A DNA stretch of 63,446 nucleotides, filler included, from Reticulomyxa filosa (GCA_000512085.1; 20 parts of 20 records of this genome joined end to end with filler, not necessarily neighbours in it); one strand, 5' to 3'; shown: positions 1 to 12,886, counted from the whole stretch's first letter. Made by a program: numbers and translations. Notes: generated by a model from the letters alone, not told the origin.

Positions 1-2462
1 GATCACTCTTTCATGGATTGGTGCGTCGGCCTCCTCAATTAAATGTTGGACTTTTTCCTTCTCGATTTGCGCACTTGGCTCCTTTGCAGCTATCTTTTCA
101 ACTCCCTTTTCTTTCATGTTCTCATTCCTTTCCCAATCCTTTTCCATAACTTTTTCCTGTCCCACTGCGTTTTTGTCGAATATTCCATCGTTATCCGTTG
201 TTTTTGAAATTCTCTCGTTCAGAACTACCGTTTCAATTTTTATTTGTTTAGGAATGATAAACACATCTTTGATTGTACGAGAAAACGCGAGGATCTCGTC
301 AGTGGTTTTGGACTCATCACTTGATGGGAGTAGGGAGAAAACAATCGATGCTGAAGAAGCTTTACTGATTGACGAAATAAGGTGTTTTTGCCATTCATTT
401 TTGAGAATGTTTTTGAAGATTGTTTGGTTGATTATGCTTTTGATGAAGTCACGAAAGATAACCAAGTTAGCAATAATACACGAGGTTTCGAGACTGCATA
501 ACATTTTTTTCTTGTATTGTTCAATATTTTCCTTTCCAATCGAATGTTTGTCTTCTTTGACTCCGTCTATTTGATGTCCTGCCATGTCAACAATGGTTAA
601 CTCGCTTTTCATCTGCGAAACACTTGTATTGTTTAAGATGAAGGTCTGCGACAACTGGATGACAAATATAATATGTCCTCTGGACGATGATTGACCAAGT
701 ACGAAAGAACGGTTATGAGACGCTTTGGCTATCCTCTTCATCACCGTTATTGTTGAAGCTCGATCCTTTACTTCCTCCACTTTCATTTTGTGCATATTCA
801 TTGATATTACGCCCTTTTTTTTCATCGATTGTTGATGCGAGTGCATTCTCGTGATCCAATAAATCGAAAGCTTTGGTTTTTGCCGCGTTCGTGCCATAAA
901 ATTCAATAGCCGAGATGGATACTGCGAAAGACGTCGCTTGGCAATTATTTAAAATTGCATCTATTGCTTGAAACAGGATGGAACATTGAATACTTTCTTC
1001 CGAAGCGTCGCCAGCGATTAATTGTGATTTCCCAGTCCCGGATGCCCCATATGAATATATCGTCGACGAATGCCCTTGCGTCAGCGCCTCAATATTTGAG
1101 TTGATTGCCTGCTCGAAGAATTCTACGTTTGACGTTTCCGGTGGAAAGGTTTTGTTGAACGTATACGAATCTCCCCCATTAACTGAATGTATGAGGTTAG
1201 TTGATATTGTCTTTTCGTCAACAATTTTAACGTATGTATTCCTTGCATCGAAGACATGTTGGCTCACCAACCTGCAAAAGGATTGCATTTGTTTCGGGGT
1301 ATTTATGTTGATGCCATCCACCTTAAGTTCTGAGGCCACTTCAATTTCTAAATCACTTTTGTACTGTTTATATGAATCTATGCATACGTGTTTATTTTTA
1401 TTTTTATTTTGTTGAGGGAAGGTTGCAGGATGTTGGTGTTGTTGTTTGGATATTGGTATTTTATGCAATGTCGGGGAGACCGGGGGCGCAGAGTTATGAC
1501 GATTTCCCAAGTTTTCTCGGCACGGTTGAATGAAGCTCGTCAGCTTTTCCGCAATCTTCTTCTCCGTGGGATATATGTCATACGCGGGTACCTCCGAGGG
1601 GTTTTGTGGTGGAGCATTTGCCGAAGTTGAAGCTAGCTGAGAGACATTGTCATCATCCAAATTAATTATTTTATTATAATTTTTCTTGCTTGGCGACCTT
1701 CTTCCACGTGATTCGGGTCTTTTCTTTGGTGGGATTTTAATCGGGGGCTTTACTAACCATTTATCCACGGTCTTCTGTTGTTGTCTGTTTGTGGGAATTG
1801 AGGGTGGTTGTTGTCGAGGGGGTATATCGTTCGATGTTACCAATGTTTGTGCGCGATTTTCCGGTGCGATAATTTGAATATCATCATCGATGGTTTCCGA
1901 ATTTTTCTGCGCCCAATCCGAACCAGGAGTCTTTTTGCCTCTTCCCACTTCGACTTCACCAATCATTATATTTGGGGGGTGATGCAAGCACGCTTGTATT
2001 TCTCCCTTTTGCATATTCCACTTGTGACTTAACGCAAAATGTTTCATCTGGATGAGCACGGAGCGTTTCTAATGATAAAATAGTTGAAACTATTTTTTCT
2101 TTTTTCTCGTCGCTGATATTTTTTCCCACATTGATATCCCTTTTTCTGTTACTTACTCTATTTGATAAACTGTTGTTCAGGTTTTGACACCTTTCTTTCA
2201 GTATTCTATCGCTTTCAAATGGTTGTGATATTTCTTTTGAAATATTTTTCTTTGTTGAATCGCATACGGTTTTTCGAAAGGTTGAATGCAAATTCTTTGG
2301 GGACAATCCGCAACTCGGGGAGGACCCATCAGTAAAATTTATATAATCATTACGAAAAATAAAACCAATTGGAGCAGGTGTTGTTACTGCATTTTCATCT
2401 TGACCTTGACCTTGACTTTGACCTTGTCGGCACTCAGCATCTCTTTCCGTCTCAAGTTCCAT
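1..2462 (-). CDS. Divergent kinesin motor-domain protein, intronless, with several frameshifts (sequencing error or pseudogene); runs off the window start
   Basis: ORF 713..2059 has YTFNKTF and the P-loop TIYSYGASGTGKS followed by VSISAIEFY. A frame change at the poly-A near 815 continues into QSSSRGHIIF (switch I, ~673-690) and ELTIVDMAGHQ (switch II, 571-600). Further on is SIVFSLLPSSDESKTTDEILAFSRTIK, which resembles kinesin beta8/alpha6. ORF 1956..2462 overlaps upstream and is probably the N-terminus. Confidence 0.8.
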
Positions 2463-2690
2463 TTCGCTTTGAACTCAAGATTCACCAAAAACGAAGCGAA
2501 TTGGTAAAAAAACAATTCACGTGAGAAAAAGCGGTCAGAAAGCAAAGTTAGTCCAAAGCAGTTTTAGGTTTTTTTACATACGAAACAGGACCAAAAATTT
2601 GCTTGACAACAAAAGGTTTGAAAAAAACCGAACTTACATGGTGCCGGCGGAATTGGCTTGCTTTAATTCCTGTTTTTTTCAAACCTTTTG

Positions 2691-2790
2691 NNNNNNNNNN
2701 NNNNNNNNNNNNNNNNNNNNNNNNNNNNNNNNNNTTAATTAATTAANNNNNNNNNNNNNNNNNNNNNNNNNNNNNNNNNNNNNNNNNNNN
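2691..2790. other. Artificial contig-joining spacer N44-TTAATTAATTAA-N44 (first of 19)
   Basis: Identical 100-bp unit with stops in all six frames. It starts at 2691, 7801, 10263, 12972, 15012, 16856, 20434, 21850, 25135, 33038, 38070, 39497, 40833, 44206, 45847, 47208, 51374, 60809 and 61911. Confidence 0.98.
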
Positions 2791-3169
2791 GCATTAAGAA
2801 TTTTGTATTTTGGATTTTTTAAATAAAATGAATTGATTCAAAATTTATTTTATTTAACAAAGAATTTTATTAAATAACAAAACATTTCAGCATAACTAAC
2901 TTGGAAAAAAACTTTGCGTTTTCTTTCTTTATCTGTTATAAATTAAATAATATTTCAAGGTGGATCCTGATATTGACAACAACATCTGAAAAGAATTGTC
3001 TATTGATTGGTGTACAAAAGTTTTTTTTAATGTCTTAAAATTTGAAATTGTAGAAATTTTTTAAAAATATCAAAAATTGGAGAAAGTGATAAAATTGTTG
3101 AATTAAATAACACCAAAAAAAAAATAAGCATTTTTAACACTAAGTTTTTTTTAGAGTTTCAGAAATAAC

Positions 3170-6100
3170 CCAAACTCGGAAAATGCACAGTCGATTTGAA
3201 CGATAGTCTTTATTTTCCAAGTCACAGTTGGAGCGTCATCTCAATTTGATTACCCTTACACACAGCCACAAATGAACTTTTTGCGTTGTCACAGCCACAT
3301 TTCACACTGATTTTCCGCACTTCAGCAGCATGTAGCCAAAGAGCGAAGTTCTCCGTAAATGCAATAGCCATTTCTTTAAATTCATGTGCCTGTCAACGTA
3401 TTTTTAAGTTCATTCTTGAACAATGTCTTGATTTTTTTTATTTGCTGGCCGTGTCTTTACTGATACGCGTAAGCTCTTGTTTTTGCTGACCATTGACTAA
3501 TATGTGTGGGCAATGGCATCTTAAACAGAGGATCGCACAATCAGGCTTCTTTTGTCACAATAAGTTGACAGAAAACCTTATTTTCTCTTTCTGTATTATC
3601 ATCTGTAGCTACATTTACATTGCTTGGAAGAATGAATCTAATTTCTTCTTATATCAGCAGCAATGTTGTGTTTGAGGACAAATAAGATTTATTACTTCTT
3701 GATGCTATTATGTTTTACATTAATCAAATATGAGATATTTCTTCATTTTTGTTGAGACTCCGTTTCGTTTTCAATGAGTTGTTTCCGCTTATCAAGCCAT
3801 TGAAAAATCGAGTTCCACTTTGTCGGATAGGACTATTCTTTCAGAACTATTTCTTTCCTTAAATATTAGTCCTTTTTTTATTTTGATAGAATGAATTTGA
3901 ATTGACTTATTCAAATGTATTTGCATCAACATTTTTGTTCATCTTCTCCATTGTGTCATTTCTAATGCTTGCATTCTATTTATTGTAACTTTAGATGGAA
4001 AATAACATAAACACAAATTAATTTAAATTTAATTACAAAAAAAAAGACAATGATACTTTGAGCAAGTTTTGCTACTAGTCAATTTTGGGAGCATACAAAC
4101 AAATATTTTTTAAAAAGTGTTCAAAAAAATTAGAAATTAAAACAAAACAGTTACTTGAAACTGTATTTCAATATCTTCTTTCAAAGACACTTAATCAACG
4201 AAGTGTAGAATAAATAATCCAATCATTTTCTTGCTAATCTCGCTTATACGTGTGGAGGCATATAATCATACTTATAACCTTTCCAGATATCAACACTATG
4301 TGATCACATTCTTTGTTATATCACAGGTTGGATTCACTTCCTTTGATGTAAATATCAACAAAGAATAACCCACGCTCGAAACTGCCACAATTGGCACTGC
4401 AAAACGTAATGTACCAATTCTTGCTGCATAAAAGACTCTAACGCATATCCATTGACAATAAATATCTTCCTCCTTCTTCACGCTTGAGAACCTGTCACCA
4501 TCTGTCGTTCATCTTCAATAATTTTGCGATACTTGCAATTGTTAACAGATATGAGTACTATAATTACTGTTGCATAACCCTGTACATTGATTTTGCGATT
4601 ATATCTAGATAATATGCGTTTCAATTTTTCTTTTCCACTTGTGGGATCAGTTTGATAATGTTCCATTTACTTTGCAACTGGAGGTCTTTGTTGTATACAA
4701 TTATTTTCATTTTTGCGACAGGCCCGTTCTTGTTCTTTACTATCAATATAATTAATCTGTGTAATTGGAAAAACACGCGGACTGTCACACATTAAAACGA
4801 TTTTTCAACAGCTATAATTACCACGACAAATTAGCAGCTCGCAACACGCACCGTCTTCACAACTATAGTACAAAGGCATAAAAAGGCATTGTATGACGTG
4901 TTGTCGAGAATACCGAGAGAGTTACCGTTTGTCTTGCATTGGACTAGCGTCGACGAGGATATAAGCATAGTAGGGACTGTCACTGTGGATCCAGGAACAA
5001 CTTTCAATAATTCATGTCACAATAACCCTCGTACATTGGACTGATCGAGTTAGCGCAATAGCAGTAATAACTGCAAACCAAAAACCAACAGTTAAATATC
5101 TTTTCTGCATCCTATTGCTTGGACGTATATCTGGACATTATTGAATATGATAACACGATAAAACGTAACGAACAAAATAACGAATGTCATAATAGGTGAC
5201 ATATTTCCACGATATTTTGAAAAAGTTTTGCGAAGTAGTTTGCTTTGATCAGCGCATGCACATCAAAAAGACTGATGACTGGATATACTTGAGCACGATG
5301 GATAAAGCGGCCCACAGTCGGCCTCACAACATAATGGAAGTGTAGAAAATTTGGGCCGGTGTCGGAAGATATCACGAACATTGATTTGTTGTTGAGTAGA
5401 CCAATGTGAAAAAGTCATGTATGTGGTTGCATAGGACGGCAACATTAGTGGCGTGCTGAAGCGAAGCTCGACTGGCGCACTGTACATGGATTCTCAAAAC
5501 ACAGACATCTTTGCCTCACTGCATTCAAGGAGATCCATCGCTCTCATTCCTCACAGCGAAATGATTTTGGCACAATTTGAAGGATTCTATCTTTATATAG
5601 TTCTCCTGAATAATACCTCCAATATCCAAAGCGCCAACTGTTTCAGCCAGTTTGACAAGCTGTAAATCACAAAACAACGTATCTAAATGACAACTTTCTA
5701 TTTTGTTTTTTGAATTACAAGAACTGCAAACGAATGTGCGGCAATCCACAAAGTATTCGGGACATTCGAACTGCTCATTCCAATTTCTTACATCGCACTA
5801 ACATGTACCAATTTGATGATATCAAATCTCTTGACTTCATCGCGCCAATGTTCCACAGGACCATCCACGTATACTTTTTTCATTTGCCGCCTATATGTAA
5901 AAAAATTGCTTATTTTATTTTCATAAAAAAGAAATTGTGTGATATCATAGAAATTGAGAAGAACGTATAATGTGAATTGATTACTTTTTGATACTGAACT
6001 TGCTGTTGATTATGCTGCTATCGCTTTCCATTCCTATTTTTTTATTTTAAACAAATCATATGAAAAAAAAAAATTTATTTATTTTACTTAACTTTTTGTT

Positions 6101-7790
6101 GTTAAGATCCACCGGATCTAACATTTTTGGAGTAATAGCTCCAACACTTAAAAAAAATAAAGTTTTCATTTTTTTTTTTATCATTTTTTTCTATTTTTTC
6201 TTTTTCTTTTTTCTATTCTCTTTTTTTCTTTTTTTTATCAATCTTTTTTATTTATTAATTATTTTCTTCTTATTTTTCAACAAAATTTTAAAATTTCTTT
6301 CTTTTATAATCATATAACATTTTTTTTCTAATTCTTTCTTTTTTTCACTCCTTTTTTATTCATACTTTTTTTTCCCCTTTTTTATTCACATATTTTTTCC
6401 CTTTTTATATATTATTTTTTATACATTCCCACTGCTTTTTCCCTCACTTTCTGCAACTTCTTCCATAAAAAACCTTTGCGTATTGGTGCATCTGTACAAA
6501 CACACAAAAAAATTATTTTTTAAATTTTTAATAAAAACAAAATATACATACCTATTAGTTTGGAGATCAAGCTACCATTTCAAATTTTTTCATACTGTTG
6601 ACAAACTCAAACATTTTTTTTTGTTTAGTATGTAGGGAGGGAGCAACAAAAATATAAATACAAATTTTTTTCTTTGTGGCGGGGGGAATTCCTATGTATT
6701 ACAAACACAATCACATTATGTGGATAAAAAGAATATAAATATATAAACACAACATACCGCTTTTATTTTTATCGTAGGCCGGGTGGTCTTCGACCCCATT
6801 ATTTTTTGTGTGTGGAGTAAGGATGCGAACAGGTAACTGTTTTGGGGGACGGTGGATTCCTATACATAAACACACATAAGCTTGATATATTTTTATAAAA
6901 AAAAAGATATATCAAACCTCTTTTTCTCCTTTAGGGGACAGGGGTGGATTCTCACCGTTTCTGATTGTCATTGTCGTCGTTGTCATCGTGTCATTGATCT
7001 ATGTTATTTTTTATACGTAGTACACTATTGAAAAAAAATCATACATTGTTTTCGTGCATGTACATATATACGTATGTTAGAAAATGTTTAATATACCAAT
7101 TGGCCTTGTCTGATTGACTTTGATCGGCTGGCCTTTTTTGTTGTTGTTGCGAATGAGAATGCCCTTTTTGCACTTCCACGTAAAGGCCTTTTTGTACGGC
7201 GACCGATTTCATCACGCTCGACTATTGTAGGCTTTGACTTGAGCAAAGCATTTTCTCTGGTAGTCATAACGTGCTGTCTATTGTATTTTTTAAAAAATTA
7301 TAAAATTGAAACATATTGTCATTTTATTGTTATCAAAGTTTTTTTACATACTTCTCTATATCTTTTTTTTTAATTGAAAGCAAAATAATGAAAGTAACTG
7401 TAGTGCAAGGTCACAACATCTAGTGACTTAATTTTTTTAAAAAAATCAAGTGATTGGATGCACATGAATTTGATCTGCTGCACCTATATTTCCAATTTGT
7501 GTTATGATATTTTGTTGATGATTTGTGCGATAGTTGATGTGATGATTGGTTTGATGGTTGATGTGTTTGTCAATTTAATAATTTTTGTAACTGTTGTTGA
7601 TATTGCCGTGCCACCCGTTGGACGTGGTTGTGTAAAGGTTTGTGGGGTGTTGACAGACAACTTTTCATATTAATGATTTAGGCGTTATTTGTGGGAAAAT
7701 ATTGATACAAAATGACAATCATGCAACGCCAGCCCAGACTTTGGTGACCAAGAAAAGAGAAAAAGAGTTTTTACAACTATCCAACGACAC
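3170..7790 (-). pseudogene. Heavily decayed, intron-containing coding region of unknown family, possibly transposon-derived
   Basis: Short minus-strand exon-like blocks bounded by GT/AG, with Cys-rich fragments (CPEYFVDCRTFVCSSC, CCEADCGPLYPSC) and a PTKWNSIFQWL motif near 3790-3830. Stops are frequent. The block 6480-6880 resembles 18160-18560 in the opposite orientation. Confidence 0.35.
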
Positions 7791-7929
7791 CTCTATAAAA
7801 NNNNNNNNNNNNNNNNNNNNNNNNNNNNNNNNNNNNNNNNNNNNTTAATTAATTAANNNNNNNNNNNNNNNNNNNNNNNNNNNNNNNNNNNNNNNNNNNN
7901 TTATTTTTCTATTTGAAAGATTGAGGGGG

Positions 7930-8180
7930 ACATATGGAAAAAAAAGACTGAAAAAAGCGTTGGGAAAAAAACATTGGGAAGAAAGAGTTGGGAAAAAGGC
8001 ATTGGGAAAAAATCAGTGTGAAAAAAGCTTTGGAAAAAAATCAGTGTGAAAAAAGCTTTGGGAAAAAAGTGTTGGGAAAAAAGTGTTGGGAAAAGAGCAT
8101 TGGGAAAAGAGCATTGGGAAAAAAGCATTGGGAATAAATCATTGGGAAAAAAGTGTTGGGAAAAAAGCGTTGGAATAAGA
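7930..8180. repeat. Minisatellite, ~14-20 bp unit TTGGGAAAAAAGC(A/G)
   Basis: More than ten imperfect copies of ttgggaaaaa-type units are directly visible. Confidence 0.85.
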
Positions 8181-8399
8181 TAGTGAATAAGATGGTGAAA
8201 AGATAGTAGAAAAAAATGAAAAAATAAATGGGAAAAAACAGCGAAAAAATTTATTTAAGAAAAATGAAAAAATTAAAATTCAAATGTCAAAAATGGAAAA
8301 AAAAAGGCAATTGGAAAAAAAGAAAAAAAGATTAAAAATGAAAAAAAGATATAAAAGAATATAAAAAAGTAAAAAGGAAAAAGGGGGGGAATGAAAAGA

Positions 8400-10262
8400 A
8401 TAATGGAAAAGGAGGAAGCGCGAAATCTGTTGGCGCTGATCGTTAGAGAAAATGAAGATCAACGTGATTGTAGACTGGTCGATTAATCAAAGATTATCTT
8501 GTACGTGCGCATATGCGCAACTTTAGATGTTATCATTGTTCTCATGATATATGAGTCGTTATCAACTAATACGACCAAGAATGAAAAAAAATGAATAATA
8601 CGACATCAATCATTAGCTCGCAAATCAAAACGTTGGTTTATTGGAATTCTATAGTATATCGCTCAAAGTGAACGACATTGATATGGTGATTTCGCAACGG
8701 CTGCCGCAAAGAAGTAGAAGAAAAAAGAACATTGAAGTCGTATGAAAACTTATCTTGCAATCGAGGAAACTACTGCACTGGGAGAATGTTCTACGTGAGA
8801 TTGGTTCAACTTTGTGGAGAAATTGTGCGAAAATTCGCCAAGACACTGCGAAGCAAGAATATGAATATGAGGAGAAGGAGTATGATGAATATAAAAAAGA
8901 AATGTCGGAATATTATCGCGTTGGATCTGTTTTAAAAAAAACCAACTCGTCTGCAGATTTGATGAGTGTTGTTATGTACTGGATCTTCGCGCCAGTGAGT
9001 GTAACTTTGCGTGTTCTAGATTGCCTATTTTCCAATAGAACGCGCTAAACAAGGATAATGAATAAGTTGTGGAAGCGTATGTAGTGGCAGCCCGAACAAT
9101 TGGCGCAAACAAATTTCTTCAGAAAATTATTAACATGGCAAAGCGCCAAAGATAACTTAAACTTTGATCTGCAGGCACCAACGAGCAAGAGAAAGTGGCA
9201 ATTATGAAAACGTTGTGTGCGTACGCACATTCGCAACTTTGGGTGTCAGATCGTGTGCGTATGTTGGTGGTAGGAATCTTAGCAACGAATGCGCACAAGA
9301 ATGAAAAAAATGGTAATTCTCCTCATATCAAATTGCAATGGAAATATTGGATATGCTAGAAATGCCGCGCAAAGTTGTCTATCATCAAAAGGTAGACGAT
9401 TTTTTCAATTGCAAAGCCGTCCGCTCTCGTATAGCAGTTGGACAAGATCTTCCCGACCAATCCCGGAAAGTTGGGTCTTGGTTCCAGACAACGAAAGAAA
9501 TTGCCAAGAAGAAAAAAGAAAGAAATTGTAATACGCGCAAATTAGAAAAGATGGTGCCGCAACGACTACACAGAAGAAGTGGAAATCGATGAAACAAAGA
9601 ACGTGGAAGTCGTTAGGAAATAGTTACCCATCGCAATCGAGAAAGTCGATCATTGGGAGAATGTTCCATATGAAGTGGCTTAACTTGGTGGAGGTGTGCG
9701 AAAATCCGTGAAGGTATTGGCAGGCAAGAAGATAAGTATGAGGAAGAGGAGGAGAAAGATGGGAATGAAGAAAGAATCTCGCGTTGGACCGTTAAAAAAA
9801 AAATTATATCTAGATTTTCTAAGTGTGGTTGTGTATAGCTCTTCACGCCCGCAAGTGGAGACTTTGTGTTTCCAGACCATACACTACCTTTCAATAGAAC
9901 GCACGCCGATCAAAAACAATGAAAAAGTGTGTGGAAACGCTTTGCAGTGGTCACGCGAACAATTGGAACGAATTTGACCATCAACATATGTGCACACAAA
10001 TCTCTAGCGCTGTGTCAATTCAACAATCATCCGCAAAGAGGGAGTCGAGCTGCGATTTCCATGGTCCAACGAGCAATTGAAGCGCAATTGTTATAAAAAT
10101 AGAGCTATTACTGATGTCGAAACCGGCCGTGACCGTGCGCATATCCGCAACTTTGGCTTTTTAGCCGTCCGTGTGCTGCCGATGGGAGAAATGATAAGAT
10201 CGCGAGTAACACAAGCATTAATGATTGTGAAAGGAGATAGAGAGAGAAAGCGAGAGAACTGG
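8400..10262 (+). repeat. Degenerate ~880-bp tandem repeat with remnants of W-x-C zinc-finger-like coding sequence
   Basis: tgggagaatgttc recurs at ~8779 and ~9654. Acidic patches and CGCAACTTT motifs (~9232 and ~10146) also recur. Homologous to 13072-14700. Confidence 0.6.
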
Positions 10263-10385
10263 NNNNNNNNNNNNNNNNNNNNNNNNNNNNNNNNNNNNNN
10301 NNNNNNTTAATTAATTAANNNNNNNNNNNNNNNNNNNNNNNNNNNNNNNNNNNNNNNNNNNNTTATATTTATATTTATAATTATA

Positions 10386-11249
10386 TTATTTATTGTTATC
10401 AAATGTACGCACATGGAAAACAATACCCCTCCCTTCAAAAAAAAACAAAACTCGCTTCAAAGCATCACTGGTAAGCTCTCGATCATTGTCAAAGTCTTGT
10501 TTGGGATCACTCCTGTGTCCAGGTATCGACAGTGACTCACGAGGCTGGCTAATGACAATGTTTTGATTTTCTTGCGACGAAGAAGGAACAGTGTGCTTAT
10601 CTTGTGTGCTGTTGCTTTCATGCTTTTGATCGGGCTCGTTGTCATTCTCTTGGAATCCAAAGGTGGTCATCTTTGATGCTCCTCCTCCTCCTCCTTTTGG
10701 CTCTTTTTCCATTTCTCCGGGATTCATTGCCACAAACTTTTGCTTGTGTCCGCTCACTGCTCTGTTTCGGCTCGTTGGGTTGCCAAAGCCTTCTCTTCTC
10801 GGAGAGTTTTGACGCAATATTGGTGATGACACACTCTTTTTTGTTTCTTCGTTTTTATTCACTGCACTGTTTGTCTTTCCTTCCTTTTTTACTTGATTTA
10901 TCATTTGGCTTTGACTTTGAATTTGTTGATTTTGATTTTGATTTTGGTTTAGGTTCTGATTTTGATTTAGGCTTTGGCTTTGATTTTGATTTTGATTTTG
11001 ATTTTGAACTTGACTTGGAATATGATTTTGACCTTGACTCTGACTTTGATTTGGAGGTTGGGTTTCATTTGTTGTCTGTAACATTTGCAATGGTAACGAT
11101 ATTGATGAATGCATTTCGTCACTGTTGTCAGTAGTACCACTGAACTGACGAGAAAGCATGTTCACTTCGGTATCAACAAAGTCAAAGGGAGTATTTATCT
11201 GATGTCTCCCCGGACTTTGGTTCATTTCTGCTCCTGCATTCATTTGCAC
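10386..11249 (-). CDS. Hypothetical low-complexity Q/N/S-rich protein (exon; gene truncated at contig end)
   Basis: 287-aa ORF with a (QN)n tract. The last codons run into a T-rich intron-like sequence. No domain recognised. Confidence 0.6.
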   Translation of the reverse strand: MQMNAGAEMNQSPGRHQINTPFDFVDTEVNMLSRQFSGTTDNSDEMHSSISLPLQMLQTTNETQPPNQSQSQGQNHIPSQVQNQNQNQNQSQSLNQNQNLNQNQNQNQQIQSQSQMINQVKKEGKTNSAVNKNEETKKSVSSPILRQNSPRREGFGNPTSRNRAVSGHKQKFVAMNPGEMEKEPKGGGGGASKMTTFGFQENDNEPDQKHESNSTQDKHTVPSSSQENQNIVISQPRESLSIPGHRSDPKQDFDNDRELTSDALKRVLFFFEGRGIVFHVRTFDNNK

Positions 11250-11912
11250 TCAAAGCTATTTTCCACAAAAGAGGGGTGGACATTCGTCCGTTGCTTGGTG
11301 TTCACACCAAAACCAAAAAAAAAAATTTCTGTGTTCATTTTAATCAGAAACATCTCTTGAAATTAAACTACTTTTTGTTTTTTACCAATATTTTATCCAC
11401 ACAAAATTTGTTTCTGCTCGAACCTTCGTTTCATGCAAAGTAACCAAACTATATTTGTTAATATGCCGACATTTCACAAGTATTTTTATTAATATATTGA
11501 AACTTGCGTGTTTTGGCGTTCCATTGTTTTATTTTAAAAATTTGTCTCTTATTAGTTTGACGACTTTGAAAAATATTGTGAATAGCAAGTTACAAAGTTT
11601 GAAATAAAAGAGTTTCTGTACCTACGAAATAATGAAAAAAACATCAATTTCAAAGGATAATGTTAATTTAGACCATCACTTAAAAGATTTTTGGCAAAAT
11701 CTATTCTAAGTTTTTGCACTAACTCCTTTATCCATGTTTAGAGCATATTGTACAAGTTACCAACAAAACTAAAAGTGTATGTATCACCAAATTATTAAAC
11801 TTCACATAGTAGATAATAAATTGTATGTCCAGCTCTGGGCTGAAACCATAGTTTTTTTCCCCTTCTTTTTGGTCAGTTTGGATATAATTTGTAAAAGTAG
11901 GCAAAGAGAATA

Positions 11913-12886
11913 ATGTTGTCTAATCACTCTTTTAGCAAGGTAAAGTTGTCTATTTTTGTTAGAGACCACGTCAACAAGATAAAAGAGACAAACCTGACAA
12001 AACTTGCACATTAGGTATTAAAAACAGTCCAACAACGAAGCTTTTCACAAACTCAAGTAAAGTTGGTGAAACCAAACGTGGAGCTGAAATACACCCAACT
12101 GTTCATAAATGGCCGTTTTGTTGACAGTGTCACCGGCAAGACAATGCCGAGCATTGACCCAAGGTAAGCTGACAGATCCAGACGCATGTTCTCTTTCGCA
12201 GCGTTGGTCCCTTTTTTTTTTTATATTCAATAAAAATATGTGATCTGAACAGAAACGAACAACCAATCACAAACATTGCAGCTGCTCAAGCAGAAGGTCT
12301 TTTTTTATTTATTTTGATAAAATTGAAGATAAAATGAACAAATCAAATTAAATCAAAACAAAATAATAATAAAGACATTGACATCGCGGTGAAAGCTGCA
12401 CGAAAAGCCTTTGATGAAGGCGCGTGGCCTCGTTTAGGTGGCTTTGAACGCAGCAAAATATTGTGGAGATTGGCCGATTTGATCGAACGTGACTCAAACA
12501 CAGTTTTGTTTTTTTTTTTTAAGCGCAACAAAAAAAAAAAGGGAGGGCTCAAATGAAATAATGAAATGAAAAAATAACACAATCATAGTTGCAACACTTG
12601 GAAACCTGGGACAACGGCAAACCATTGTCTCAATCAGCTATTGATATGAATTTGTGTATTGAGCACTTAAGGTTATCACTCTCAATCAACACAATCTAAA
12701 ACGAGAGAAGAGAGGGAGAGGAGGCTTGTTTTTGGAAAAAATGATTCGGTTTGAATCTTTTTTTTTTTTTTTTTTTGCGAATGAACGATAGATATTATGC
12801 AGGATGGGCTGACAAGATCCAAGGAAAGACAATTCCTGGTGGAACTATGTTTGGCAACTACTTCGGATACACGTTGCACGAACCAG
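11913..12886 (+). CDS. ALDH2: Aldehyde dehydrogenase, ALDH1/2 family, probably mitochondrial; 5' part, 6 exons, truncated
   Basis: Spliced translation: MLSNHSFSK|[37 protein letters not shown]|[14 protein letters not shown]|[40 protein letters not shown]|[13 protein letters not shown]|[22 protein letters not shown]. Introns are GT-AG. The N-terminus looks like a presequence. Confidence 0.92.

Noticed and set aside
2691-2790. Regularly recurring TTAATTAATTAA palindrome flanked by Ns, superficially like a CRISPR repeat or a recombination site
   Set aside because: It is an artificial six-frame-stop linker of fixed 100-bp length used to concatenate contigs.
6060-6420. Phe-rich ORF resembling a membrane protein
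   Set aside because: It is a translation of a T-rich low-complexity tract. The same applies to many poly-F, poly-K and poly-L ORFs in the track.
7930-8180. TTGGGAAAA repeats as possible telomeric or CRISPR repeats
   Set aside because: The units are irregular with variable A runs and there are no unique spacers, so a minisatellite is the better call.
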